From: Thermoanaerobaculia bacterium
GTDB lineage: Bacteria; Acidobacteriota; Thermoanaerobaculia; Gp7-AA8
DNA length: 46,838 nucleotides
Direction: 5' to 3'
Assembly: GCA_051953135.1 (NCBI GenBank)
Contig: JBQCJC010000201.1
Span: forward strand, 1-46,838
Every line of letters starts with the position of its first letter. The first letter of the stretch is position 1. Positions 24,374 to 33,700 of the stretch are shown in pieces. The position numbers and the translations under genes were made by a program. Under the pieces are notes generated by a model. That model searched no databases. It worked only from the letters and a program-made list of their open reading frames with translations, and had not been told where the DNA came from.

Positions 24374-27300
24374 CTACTCCCAAACCGGAATTCGTCCCGG
24401 CGTCCATGGGGCGCCGGCGGCGTTCAACTGCTTCTCGATCGCGACAAGATCGACTTCCACGGCCTGCCGCAGTTTCTCGAGCAGCGGTCCGATTTCCTTT
24501 TCCGCGATCGACATTGCTTCGCGATGCGTGCTCGTCGGCGCGGACGTGGTGCCGAGGCCGTTGACCGCGGTGGTGATGCGATCGAACAGTGATGGGGCGC
24601 TCGGCTCGACGTATGCGCGCGTGACCGGATCGCCGTTCAGCGTCACGTCGATGTCGCGCAGCGTGTTCTCGACCGAGTTGAGTTTCGCGACGAGGCTCGC
24701 ATCGACGTTCTCCGTCTCATCGATCGCGCGGCGGAGATACGTGACGCGCGTCAGCGCTTCATCGTTCGCGCGCGCGGCGCCCATGACTGCTTTCTGCAGT
24801 CGCGATGCGCGGCGCTGGAACGCGAGCACGTCGGCGCGATCCTTGTCGCTCATCGTGGAGAGATACAACGGCGTGACGTTGAATTTCTGCGCGTCGGCGA
24901 GCGGCGATTCGACGCCATCGATGCGCTTCACGAGTCGCGCGGTGTACGTGCCCGGAACGACGAGCGGACCCGCGGGCGGCGGTGAGAACGGATCGGATTC
25001 CGGCGCGGTCAGTTCGATCGGCGATGGCGGCGGATAACGAAGATCCCACGCGATGCGATGGAATCCTTTCGCGACCGGCGCGCTGACGCGCCGAATCACA
25101 TTTCCTTCTTCATCCGAAACGATCAGTACGACCGCGGGATCGAGCTCGCGCTGTTCGGCGCGCAGCTGCTCGGCGGTCGGATAGGGGATCGGCTCATTGC
25201 CGCCGTCCTTCTCGATCTTCGTCTCCGCCTCCTGCCGCTGCTTCTTCTTGCTCTTCAACTCATCGCGCAGGTAGTACGTGAACACCGCGCCGAACGGCGG
25301 ATTCGGCGCCGTGAAGTACGAATCGCCCTGGAACGATTTATCCGGAAGCCCGAGCGGCGTCTTTTCGACGTACAACTCCGCGTCGCGCGTCGCGAACATC
25401 GTCGCCTCGTTCTTCGCGACGCTCGCGTTCATCGTGCGCAGCGGACGATAGTCATCGAGGATGAGAATGCCGCGGCCGAACGTGGCCACGACGAGATCGT
25501 TGCGGCGCTTCTGAATCCAGAGATCGCGCACGGCGATCGTCGGCATGCCGCCTTCGAGCTGAATCCAGTTCGCGCCGCCGTTTTGCGTGAAGTACAAACC
25601 GAACTCGGTGCCGACGAAGAGCAGCTTCGGATCGACGAAGTCTTCGGCGATCGCGTACGTCGTTCCGCGTTGCGGGAGATCCGCCGTGATGGACTTCCAT
25701 GTCGCGCCGCGGTCGGTGCTCTTCAGCACGTACGGTTTGAAGTCGCCGGTCTTGTGATTGTCGAATGCGGCGTAGACGACGTTCGCGTCGTGCTGCGAAG
25801 CCTCGAGGCGCGAGACGTAGCTCATGTCCGGAACGCCCGGGAACTTGTCGAGTTTTCTCCAGTTCCTGCCGCCGTCTTCCGTGACCTGAATGAGTCCGTC
25901 ATCAGTGCCGACGTAGAGCAATCCATCGACGAGCGGTGATTCCGCGAGCGAGACGATGTTGCCGTAGTACGACGTCGATGTGTTCTTCGCGACCGACTCG
26001 ATGCCCCACACGCGGCCCATCACCGGCAGCGTGTTGCGATTGATGTGGCGGGTGAGATCGGGGCTGATCGGAGTCCAGGTGTTGCCGCGATCGTCGCTGC
26101 GGAAGAGATATTGCGCGCCGAAGTACAAGCGCGTGTTGCTGTGCGGACTGACGATCAGCGCCGAGTCCCAGTTCATGCGCAGCGGATCGAGATTGCCGGT
26201 CGGTTGCGGCTGGATGTCGAGCGCTTCGCCGGTGCGCTTGTCGAAGCGCGCCAGGCCGCCATTCTGCGATTCGGCGTAGATGATGTTGGAGTCTTTCGGA
26301 TCGGGGATGGAACGGAATCCATCGCCGCCGAGTGTCACGTACCAGTCGGCGTTGGTGATGCCGTGCACGGTCGCCGTGCGATGCGGACCGCCGAGGGAGA
26401 AGTTGTCCTGCGTGCCGCCATAGACGTGGTAGAACGGCAGCGCGTCATCGGCGCTGACGCGATAGAACTGCGCAACCGGCAGGTTCTCCTTGAAGTCCCA
26501 CGTCTTCGAGCCGTCGAACGTTTCGTACAAGCCGCCGTCGCAACCGATCATGAAGTGATTCGCGTCGGTCGGATCGATCCACATCGCGTGCGAGTCGACG
26601 TGCTTGAAGCGCTCGTCGATTTTGCGGAAGGTCTTGCCCGCATCGTCGGACACGCGGCTGTACACATCCATCGAGTAGATGCGATTCGCGTTTTGCGGAT
26701 CGACGAAGATCTCGTTGTAGTACTGCGGGCCGCCCGGAATGTACGAGGACATCTTCTCGAAGTTCGCGCCTGCATCCGTCGAGCGGAAGAAGCCGCCGCT
26801 TTTGCGCGCGGCTTCGACGACGGCGTACACGGTCTTCGGTGCGAGTGGTGAGATCGCGAGACCGATGCGGCCGAGCTGTTCTTTCGGCAAGCCGGTTGTG
26901 AGTTTGTTCCACGTCGCGCCGGCGTCAGTCGATTTGTAGATTGCGGATTCCGGTCCGCCGTTGATGAGCGTGTAGACGTGACGGCGGCGCTGATACGCGG
27001 CGGCGTAGAGGATGTCCGGGTTCGACGGATCGAGCACGACGTCGGTGACGCCGGTGTTCTCGCTGATCGTCAGGACGGCTTTCCAGGTCTTGCCGCCGTC
27101 GGTCGTTTTGTAGAGACCGCGATCGCCGCCGGGATTCCAGAGCGGTCCCTGTGCGGCGACGTAGACGACGTTGGAGTCGCGCGGATCGACGACGATCTTT
27201 CCGATGTGCTCGGACGTTTTGAGCCCGACGTTCTTCCACGACTTGCCGCCGTCGACCGATTTGTACACGCCGTCGCCGTACGAGACGGAGCGCTGCGAGT

Positions 27301-27670
27301 TGTTTTCGCCGCTGCCGACCCAGATCGTCAGCGAGTCATTCGGATCGATGGTGACGCAGCCGATCGAGTACGAGCCCTGGCCGTCGAAGATCGAATTGAA
27401 GGTCGTGCCGGCGTTGGTGGTCTTCCACACGCCGCCCGACGCGATGGCCACGAACCACGTGCTGTGGTTGCGCGGATCGACGGCGATGTCGACGACGCGG
27501 CCGGAGGTGAGGGCCGGTCCGATGTTGCGAAGCTCGAGGCCCGCAAATGTGGACGCGTCGTACTTGTCCTTCGTTTCTGCTGGCGCGGATTTCTTCTTCT
27601 CCTGAGCGACCGCCGCGCCGGCGAACGCCAGACACACGAGTGCAGTGACGGCAATGAGCTGTTTTTTCAC
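24374..27670 (-). CDS. VPS10/sortilin-like BNR (Asp-box) repeat beta-propeller protein, secreted (paralogue 1)
   Basis: GTG start. Signal peptide MKKQLIAVTALVCLAFAGAAVAQ. Repeated S.DGG.TW Asp-box motifs (KTTNAGTTF, SVDGGKSWK, TTDGGKTWK, STDAGATWN, SDDRGNTWT, TEDGGRNWR, STDRGATWK, QNGGANW). About 40 percent identical by eye to 34686..37913. Confidence 0.9.
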   Translation of the reverse strand: MKKQLIAVTALVCLAFAGAAVAQEKKKSAPAETKDKYDASTFAGLELRNIGPALTSGRVVDIAVDPRNHSTWFVAIASGGVWKTTNAGTTFNSIFDGQGSYSIGCVTIDPNDSLTIWVGSGENNSQRSVSYGDGVYKSVDGGKSWKNVGLKTSEHIGKIVVDPRDSNVVYVAAQGPLWNPGGDRGLYKTTDGGKTWKAVLTISENTGVTDVVLDPSNPDILYAAAYQRRRHVYTLINGGPESAIYKSTDAGATWNKLTTGLPKEQLGRIGLAISPLAPKTVYAVVEAARKSGGFFRSTDAGANFEKMSSYIPGGPQYYNEIFVDPQNANRIYSMDVYSRVSDDAGKTFRKIDERFKHVDSHAMWIDPTDANHFMIGCDGGLYETFDGSKTWDFKENLPVAQFYRVSADDALPFYHVYGGTQDNFSLGGPHRTATVHGITNADWYVTLGGDGFRSIPDPKDSNIIYAESQNGGLARFDKRTGEALDIQPQPTGNLDPLRMNWDSALIVSPHSNTRLYFGAQYLFRSDDRGNTWTPISPDLTRHINRNTLPVMGRVWGIESVAKNTSTSYYGNIVSLAESPLVDGLLYVGTDDGLIQVTEDGGRNWRKLDKFPGVPDMSYVSRLEASQHDANVVYAAFDNHKTGDFKPYVLKSTDRGATWKSITADLPQRGTTYAIAEDFVDPKLLFVGTEFGLYFTQNGGANWIQLEGGMPTIAVRDLWIQKRRNDLVVATFGRGILILDDYRPLRTMNASVAKNEATMFATRDAELYVEKTPLGLPDKSFQGDSYFTAPNPPFGAVFTYYLRDELKSKKKQRQEAETKIEKDGGNEPIPYPTAEQLRAEQRELDPAVVLIVSDEEGNVIRRVSAPVAKGFHRIAWDLRYPPPSPIELTAPESDPFSPPPAGPLVVPGTYTARLVKRIDGVESPLADAQKFNVTPLYLSTMSDKDRADVLAFQRRASRLQKAVMGAARANDEALTRVTYLRRAIDETENVDASLVAKLNSVENTLRDIDVTLNGDPVTRAYVEPSAPSLFDRITTAVNGLGTTSAPTSTHREAMSIAEKEIGPLLEKLRQAVEVDLVAIEKQLNAAGAPWTPGRIPVWE

Positions 27671-27687
27671 GCGCGAGATGGTACTGC
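27671..27687 (-). promoter_or_regulatory. GCAGTACCAT motif (-10-like TACCAT) 7 nt upstream of the GTG start
   Basis: Gene-sense sequence is ACAGCAGTACCATCTCGCGC-GTG. It fills the 20-nt gap between the JAMM-motif gene stop and the VPS10-like start. No Shine-Dalgarno. Confidence 0.3.
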
Positions 27688-27690
27688 TGT

Positions 27691-28149
27691 TCAGCTCAGT
27701 ACCGAGCAGACGTCACCACCCCGTTTCATCGCGCGGATCCAGTCCTTGTTTCCAACGATCCGTTGCGTGGAGTGATCGGGATCGACGCGTTCGATCGACG
27801 TGCGTGTTACGACGAAGATCGGCAGGCCGATGCGCGCGGATTCGTTGATGTCGTGCGACGAGGCCTGCGGCATGCCGGTGGGATGCGTGTGCGCGATGCC
27901 GACGGTGTTCGGCGGGATCGCGCCGATGAAACTCGCTTTGCGTCGTTCGTACGTCGCGGGCCACAACTCGTACCCGAGGTTGCCGTGTTCGTCCCTTGTG
28001 AGAAACAGCGCGCGCTCGGCGTCTTTTGCCGCGCTGCGCGATTTCGCAAAGAGATCGCCGAGAATCGGGAAGAGTTGCTGATGGACGAGGTCGCAGGCAG
28101 GACCGAGACCGAGTTGCAGAACGAGGAAGAATGCAGCCGCGGCGTTCAT
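27691..28149 (-). CDS. small JAMM/MPN-motif metalloprotease-like protein with hydrophobic N-terminus
   Basis: HTHPTGMPQASSHD fits HxH-x7-S-xx-D exactly, and there is an upstream Glu (RDEHGNLGYE). The N-terminus MNAAAAFFLVLQLGLGPAC is signal-peptide-like. Confidence 0.6.
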   Translation of the reverse strand: MNAAAAFFLVLQLGLGPACDLVHQQLFPILGDLFAKSRSAAKDAERALFLTRDEHGNLGYELWPATYERRKASFIGAIPPNTVGIAHTHPTGMPQASSHDINESARIGLPIFVVTRTSIERVDPDHSTQRIVGNKDWIRAMKRGGDVCSVLS

Positions 28150-28226
28150 ACTCGTGTGTATGCGCGAACGCGACGAATGTTTCGTGCGAAGAGGTCGCGG
28201 AGCGGTAGCGGAGATGTGAACGGCGA

Positions 28227-28580
28227 TTACGATTTCAACGCGGCGCGAATGGTTTCCATGCGCTTGCGATTGACGCCGAGGTCGGAGCGGCCGACGCGCG
28301 AGGCGGAGCGGAAGCGAATCGTTTTCGTCGAGTCGTCGATGACGAAGGTCGCGTCATCGGTGAAGCGAAAGATCGCGGTGGTGAACTCGGCGCGAATCGT
28401 CGTGGCACCGGCGGAGACGATCTTCGTGCGCGGCATGTGCTTCAGCACGTCAACCAGTTTCGCGCGCGCCTCGGATGCCGAGCCGCTGTAGCGATACGGC
28501 GCGATCGCATGCGTGGTGTCAGTCGCTTCGGTGGAGACGCAGTTCGGCGTCTTCGGGCACGGCTTCAGCTCGGGATGCAT
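28227..28580 (-). CDS. DUF1499 family protein
   Basis: Hallmark motif KPCPKTPNCVSTEA near the N-terminus. Start chosen at MHPELKPCP (28580), because the longer ORF start (28667) would overlap the divergent DUF2277 gene. Confidence 0.65.
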   Translation of the reverse strand: MHPELKPCPKTPNCVSTEATDTTHAIAPYRYSGSASEARAKLVDVLKHMPRTKIVSAGATTIRAEFTTAIFRFTDDATFVIDDSTKTIRFRSASRVGRSDLGVNRKRMETIRAALKS

Positions 28581-28604
28581 CTCGTTGCACACTACACTCT
28601 TCGC

Positions 28605-28877
28605 ATGTGCCGCAACATCAAAACTCTTTTCAATTTCGAGCCGCCCGCGACCGATGCGGAGATTCACGACGCGTCGCTGCAGTTCGTGCGCAAGCTCGCG
28701 GGATTCACGAAACCATCGAAAGCGAATGAAGACGTGTTCGACCGCGCGGTGGAAGACATCTCGAAGATCGCACGCGTGCTGATCGATTCACTCACGACGA
28801 CGGCGGAGCCGAAGGATCGTGAAGTGGAAGCGGAGAAGGCGAGGGAACGCGCGAAGGAAAGGTATGGGACACGGTAG
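28605..28877 (+). CDS. DUF2277 family protein
   Basis: Begins MCRNIKTLFNFEPPATDAEIHDASLQFVRKLAGFTKPSKANEDVF, the characteristic N-terminus of this family. 90 aa. The upstream ORF extension is Arg-rich junk. Confidence 0.75.
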   Translation: MCRNIKTLFNFEPPATDAEIHDASLQFVRKLAGFTKPSKANEDVFDRAVEDISKIARVLIDSLTTTAEPKDREVEAEKARERAKERYGTR

Positions 28878-28983
28878 CCGGTTGTCGGTAGTCGGTAGTC
28901 GGGAGTCGGGAGTCGGGAGACCACCGCCCGTCCACGAGTTTCTCGGCAGAGCGGTTCTCCCGACTGCTGACTACCGACTACCG
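28873..28983. repeat. long hairpin element with heptamer-periodic arms (element B)
   Basis: Left arm is seven tandem heptamers: GGTAGCC GGTTGTC GGTAGTC GGTAGTC GGGAGTC GGGAGTC GGGAGAC. The reverse complement of the right arm is CGGTAGT CGGTAGT CAGCAGT CGGGAGA. The left arm carries one extra heptamer. The unpaired centre is 35 nt. The element overlaps the stops of both convergent flanking genes. Confidence 0.8.
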
Positions 28984-30465
28984 CTTCCCACCTTCCCAAT
29001 ACGCTTTGATTCGCGGCCATTCGAACTCCGCGACGTTTCTCCCAAGCTTCAGCCCTTCCACGTTGTCGGCCTGGATGTGATAGCCGCCCATGATGCGTGA
29101 GACGCCGGCCATCTCCGCGGTCGCCGTAAATGTGGGGAGCGCGAGCTCGACTTCTTTCTTCGCGCATTCGGCATCTGGCTCCGTGAGCGCGCCGGGATGA
29201 CGGCGTTCGACGAATCCGAACTCGTCGCTGCCGGTGAAGAGCTCGAGCATCTTCGCGCACGCGGCGCTGACGGTGCTGTGTCCGGAGACGTAGCCGGGGA
29301 ACGGCGGCGTGACGAAGGTGTCGGGCGAGTATGGATGCCACTGGCTCGACTGCAATTTCGCGTAGCCTTTCGCCGGTCCCATCCAGCCGTCGATTTGCTG
29401 ATCGGCGTAGTACTGACGAATGAGCGTCCACGGTCGCGATGAGTCGTAGTAGCGCTTTGCTTCCCACGCCGCGATGAATGCATCCATCGCAACATTCGAG
29501 ACGGCGAAGAAGAGTTTCACATCCTGATCGAGCGTGTAGCGATCGCGACGCGAGACGTCCTGCGCGAAGCGAAGCCAGTGTCCCGATTGTCCCGTGGAGC
29601 GCGGGCCGTCGCGCATGAACTCGACGATCGCTTTCTGTTCGTCGGTGAGTGAGGCGTTGTACTGCATCACCTCGTCGACTTCTTTCTTCAATTCATCGGA
29701 ACCGAATTTCGGCGGCGCGGGCGGACGGAACTGATCGCTGCGATCGAGCGCGAATGGTTTGACGCGGTACCAGTGCGGAGTGAGGAAGTTGGGATGGACG
29801 GTGCCGCCTTTGCCGTTGGCGAAGGGGATCTGTTGCCAGCGATCGGGATCGCTGACTTTGTCGATGGCGTTTTTCGGCGCGTAGAAGGTGTAGTCGGAGT
29901 AGGGCTTGCCGTTGGATCCGACTTCGTCGCCGAGTTGGTTGGCGCCGTCGTGATGGCGATAGTCGCAAACGGCTTTCGCGGCGAGGTTGCCGATGCCCGC
30001 GGGTTTGGTGACGTCAGTGGTGGCGTCGTTAGGATCGTAGCCGAGATTGCGTAGCTGGTCGTCGAGCCAGGGTTTGTCGGCGGGATAGACGTCGACGAGT
30101 GCTCGATACGTTGCGTAGGCGATGGCAGTCTCTTTGTTCTTCTGCGTGCGTTCTGCGGCTGGTCTGCGCAATTGATCGCCGAGTCGCGTGCCGATGGCGC
30201 GATCGTCGTACGCAGCCCAGGCGTCGTACATGGCGGTGAGTGCGACGGCGAGTGTGCGGGAGATGATGGTGGGTCGCGCACCGACGCGGTCGACTTCGCG
30301 CGCGGTGGCTTCGAGTGAGATCTCGAGCCACTGGTAGGCAGCGGTGGGTTTGAAGTCCGGATCAGGTTTGGCGTGGAGGAGCGGTTTCTTCGCGGGCGCT
30401 GCGAAGAGTGCGATTGCGAAGACACACGTCACGCAGAGAAGGGCACCGCGAAGCGATCTGGACAT
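28978..30465 (-). CDS. secreted PAP2-superfamily / vanadium-dependent haloperoxidase-like protein
   Basis: Start at MSRSLRGALLCVTCVFAIALFAAPA (signal peptide). The PAP2 tripartite motif is complete: KRYYDSSRP (Kx6RP), YVSGHS (PSGH-like), SRIMGGYHIQAD (SRx5Hx3D). Confidence 0.8.
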   Translation of the reverse strand: MSRSLRGALLCVTCVFAIALFAAPAKKPLLHAKPDPDFKPTAAYQWLEISLEATAREVDRVGARPTIISRTLAVALTAMYDAWAAYDDRAIGTRLGDQLRRPAAERTQKNKETAIAYATYRALVDVYPADKPWLDDQLRNLGYDPNDATTDVTKPAGIGNLAAKAVCDYRHHDGANQLGDEVGSNGKPYSDYTFYAPKNAIDKVSDPDRWQQIPFANGKGGTVHPNFLTPHWYRVKPFALDRSDQFRPPAPPKFGSDELKKEVDEVMQYNASLTDEQKAIVEFMRDGPRSTGQSGHWLRFAQDVSRRDRYTLDQDVKLFFAVSNVAMDAFIAAWEAKRYYDSSRPWTLIRQYYADQQIDGWMGPAKGYAKLQSSQWHPYSPDTFVTPPFPGYVSGHSTVSAACAKMLELFTGSDEFGFVERRHPGALTEPDAECAKKEVELALPTFTATAEMAGVSRIMGGYHIQADNVEGLKLGRNVAEFEWPRIKAYWEGGKR

Positions 30466-30501
30466 GCCGAAAAAGGTACTGCCGGAAGGGTGTACGCGCA
30501 A
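30466..30501 (-). promoter_or_regulatory. candidate promoter TTGCGC-17 nt-TACCTT placed 7 nt from the ATG; contains GCAGTACC
   Basis: Gene-sense sequence is TTGCGCGTACACCCTTCCGGCAGTACCTTTTTCGGC-ATG. No Shine-Dalgarno. The geometry fits a leaderless transcript. Confidence 0.3.
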
Positions 30502-30517
30502 GAGAGCGACGACCGGG

Positions 30518-30658
30518 GAGCGCCTCCGGCGGGCGGCCACGGGCCGCCGCGCTTGTTGTTCCATCTAACGCGTTAGAAGGCGAGCGCACAGGAATCCCGC
30601 GAACACGTTAGCGGGAACAATCAGCGCGGCGGCCCGTGGCCGCCCGCCGGAGGCGCTC
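30518..30658. repeat. 141-bp element with perfect 36-bp terminal inverted repeats (MITE/REP-like or structured regulatory element)
   Basis: 30518..30553 gagcgcctccggcgggcggccacgggccgccgcgct is the exact reverse complement of 30623..30658. After a 2x2 mismatch the pairing continues (ttgttcc / ggaacaa). The spacer holds a 12-bp palindrome ctaacgcgttag and a cccgc...gcggg stem. Confidence 0.85.
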
Positions 30659-30757
30659 ACGGTCGTGGTCTCTTTTGCATACGTCCTGCTCTGCACCCGT
30701 CCGAACGGCGGTAGTAACACTACCATCGGCAATTCGAGATTGGGGATGAGGTGCAGC

Positions 30758-33700
30758 ATGATGTCGTTCTTGAGAGGTAAGTCATTTTTAATCATTACAT
30801 TAGCTCTGCTCGTCACGGGCAGCGCAGCGGCGCAGGTAAAACTTGCCGCAAAGTTCAACTCCGCGTACGGCTGGGTCAAGCCCGGCGAGACCTATCCATT
30901 CTTCATTGAGTACTCCGCTGGCGCGGCGGGGGCGAGCTCCGTCTCCGTTCAGGCCACGTTGCCACCCTCGGCGATCTACATCGGCGCGACTCCCGCGCCG
31001 AGCTCCGGCAACGGCGCCAGCGCCTCGCCGCTGACCTGGAACCTCGGCTCCCTCGGACCGAACGCCAGCGGCCGCATCCTCGTCCGCGCGCGCGCCGCGA
31101 GTCTTGCGGAAGATCCCGAGGTCGTTTGGAAGAATCTGTCGGCGTCCGTGAGAGCGACATCCTCGCTCCTCGGCGTCGCACAACCCGCGATCACCGCGAA
31201 AACCATGGGACCGAAAGTCACCATGTTGACTACCGCACGCTACGGCGAACGGCCATTCCCCGTCGTCATGGTGCAGTACCAGGACATCAAGCATTGCACC
31301 GGCGCCGGCACACCATTCACCGAATGCACCGGCAATCACACCGCCGAAGCACTCGATGCCGCGGTCAACTCGCGTACATCGGGAAAGAGCCTCTGGCAGC
31401 TCTACAACGACATGTCCTTCGGACAACTCTCGCCGAGCGGCAGCGTGCGTCCGCGCGTCGGCTCGACGAACACACCATTCGATCCGACCTACAACCATAA
31501 ATTCTCGACGCTCACGCCGGGAGGCTTGTGCACCGGCGCAACACTCGCCGCGGTCAAGGGCACGCCGCTGTATCTCAATCGCATCGAGAACGGCTGGTAC
31601 ACATTGCCCGGCACGCAGGGTTACTACGGAGCGGACAAAACCGGCCACGCACTTGTTGGCGCTTTGACGGGACAGGGATTGCTCTTCGGCGTCGATGACG
31701 CGTGCGGACCGACCGGCAAGATCGTTTACGACGCCGCGTCGCTCGCCGATCCCGATCTCGACTACAACGACTTCGACACCGACAAGGACGGCGTCGTCGA
31801 TTTCTTCAACCTGATGTTCGCGGGTGATGGCGGCAACGGCAACACGAGCGTTACCGGCATCAACAACGTCTGGCCGCACAAATCGGATCTTCGTTACTAC
31901 TTCACCGATGCGAATGGCGAGACGGGCTACGTCTCGAACGATCAGTTGCGCAATCACGAAGGCGCGTTGATGTACTGGACGAACGCCGCGCGCAAGACGA
32001 TGACGACGACGAACACGGGACTCCCGGTGTACGTGCGCATCGGTCCGTACAACGTGAATCCTGAATCGGCCGTCGAGCAGATGTCCGTCATCGCACACGA
32101 GTACGGCCATTCACTCGGTCTGCCGGATTTCTATTCGACCGGCTCGCGCGAAACGATGGGCACGTGGGAACTGATGGCGGCCGATCACGCGCAGTTCATG
32201 ACGATCTTCTCGCGCCAGGACCTCGGCTGGATCGTGCCGGTCGACGCGAACGACGGCGTCTACACGTTGCGCGAGTCGAAGAAAGACACCGGCGCAATTA
32301 CGTGGAAGCGTCCCGATGGAACTCCGTACACGCTCACCGGCGACGGCATTCACAACGCCGACGCGCTACGCGTGCAATTGCCGAAAGTGAAGCTGATCGA
32401 CAGCGTTCCTTCCGGCACGCGCGCATGGCACTCGGGCGCGGGCAATGACTTCGGTTGTCCGGGACACACACTCGACGTGTTCATTCCGGAACTCGAACAG
32501 AATCCGAATGCGACCTCGATCGCGTTGAAATTCAAGTCGCTGTACGAAATCGAATGGGACTGGGACTTCGCGTTCGTGCTCGCATCGACCGATGGCGGCC
32601 GCACGTGGAAATCACTGCCGTCGAAGAACGGCACGACGCTCAGCAACTGGAATCCGAACAACGCCGCGTGCTACGCCGAATATCAGAACGGCATCACCGG
32701 CGTGTCTGGTGACGCGAACACGCTCACGAACACCGATCGCCACCTCGGTTCTTATCCCGCCGCCCAATGGATCGATGACGAATTCGATCTCTCCGAATTC
32801 CGCGGCAAGAGCCTCATCCTTCGCTTCTCGTACTTCACCGATCCTGCGGCCGTGAAGCGCGGCTGGTTCATCGACGATCTCTCGATCACCGCCGACGGCC
32901 GCGATCTCTATCGCACCGATTTCGAAACGAGCGATGAGAACACGCGACTCTTCTCGAATGGCTTCGCGCGCGTCAGCAGCGCCGATGGTCTTGACGTCGA
33001 TCACGCGTACTACATCGAGCTGCGCGATCGCGTGAGCTGGGACAAAGACGGCAAGAATCAGAGCGAGCGCGGTGCGCCGACGTGGGCGCCGGGCGTCGCA
33101 ATTCTCTACACCGACGAAAATCACGGTTACGGCAACACGGGCGCGGAAGGCGTGCCGGCGCAGACGATCGTCGACTCGCAGCCGCAGCCCGGCAACGCGA
33201 CGCCGAATCTCGACGATGCCGCGTTCACGCTCACCGCGGGCGACTCGGAATTCAACGGCTGCACGCACATCGACAACTACGTTCCGTCCGATGCCGACAC
33301 GTGGAAACTGCCCAATGGTCTGACGTTGACGGTGACGTCGCTGTCCGGTTTGTCGAGCGACGGCGTGAGCTCGAATGCAAGCGCGACCATCGTCGCGAAC
33401 ATCGATCCGGATTGTTCCGTCGTCAACGAACCGCCGGTACTACGACTCGGCGACGGTCAATCGGATCCCGACACCGACGGCGCGATCGATCTCGCGTGGA
33501 CGCGTCCCAACGGCGCGACCGGTCCCGATCAGGTGCAGGAAGCAACGATGCTCGCAACGCTGGTCGATGATGATGCAGAGAACGGTCTCGGCAAGTGGAC
33601 CACCACCGCGAGCACCGGCACGATGGCGTGGGAAACGTCATCGCTGAAGAGTGTCTCCGGTTCATCGTTCTGGGGTCGTGCGATCGAAGGCGCGGTGAAT

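Noticed and set aside
28873-28921. CRISPR array or other spaced-repeat locus, considered for the heptamer runs and for the 23-bp tandem repeat at 22589..22653.
   Set aside because: The repeats are contiguous with no spacers and far shorter than CRISPR repeats. There are only 2-7 units, and no cas genes are in the window.
30518-30658. Insertion sequence or transposon bounded by the 36-bp inverted repeats.
   Set aside because: The 69-nt interior encodes nothing. No transposase gene is present anywhere in the window, and I see no clear target-site duplication flanking the arms. Only a non-autonomous (MITE-like) or structural interpretation remains, and that is reported as a finding.
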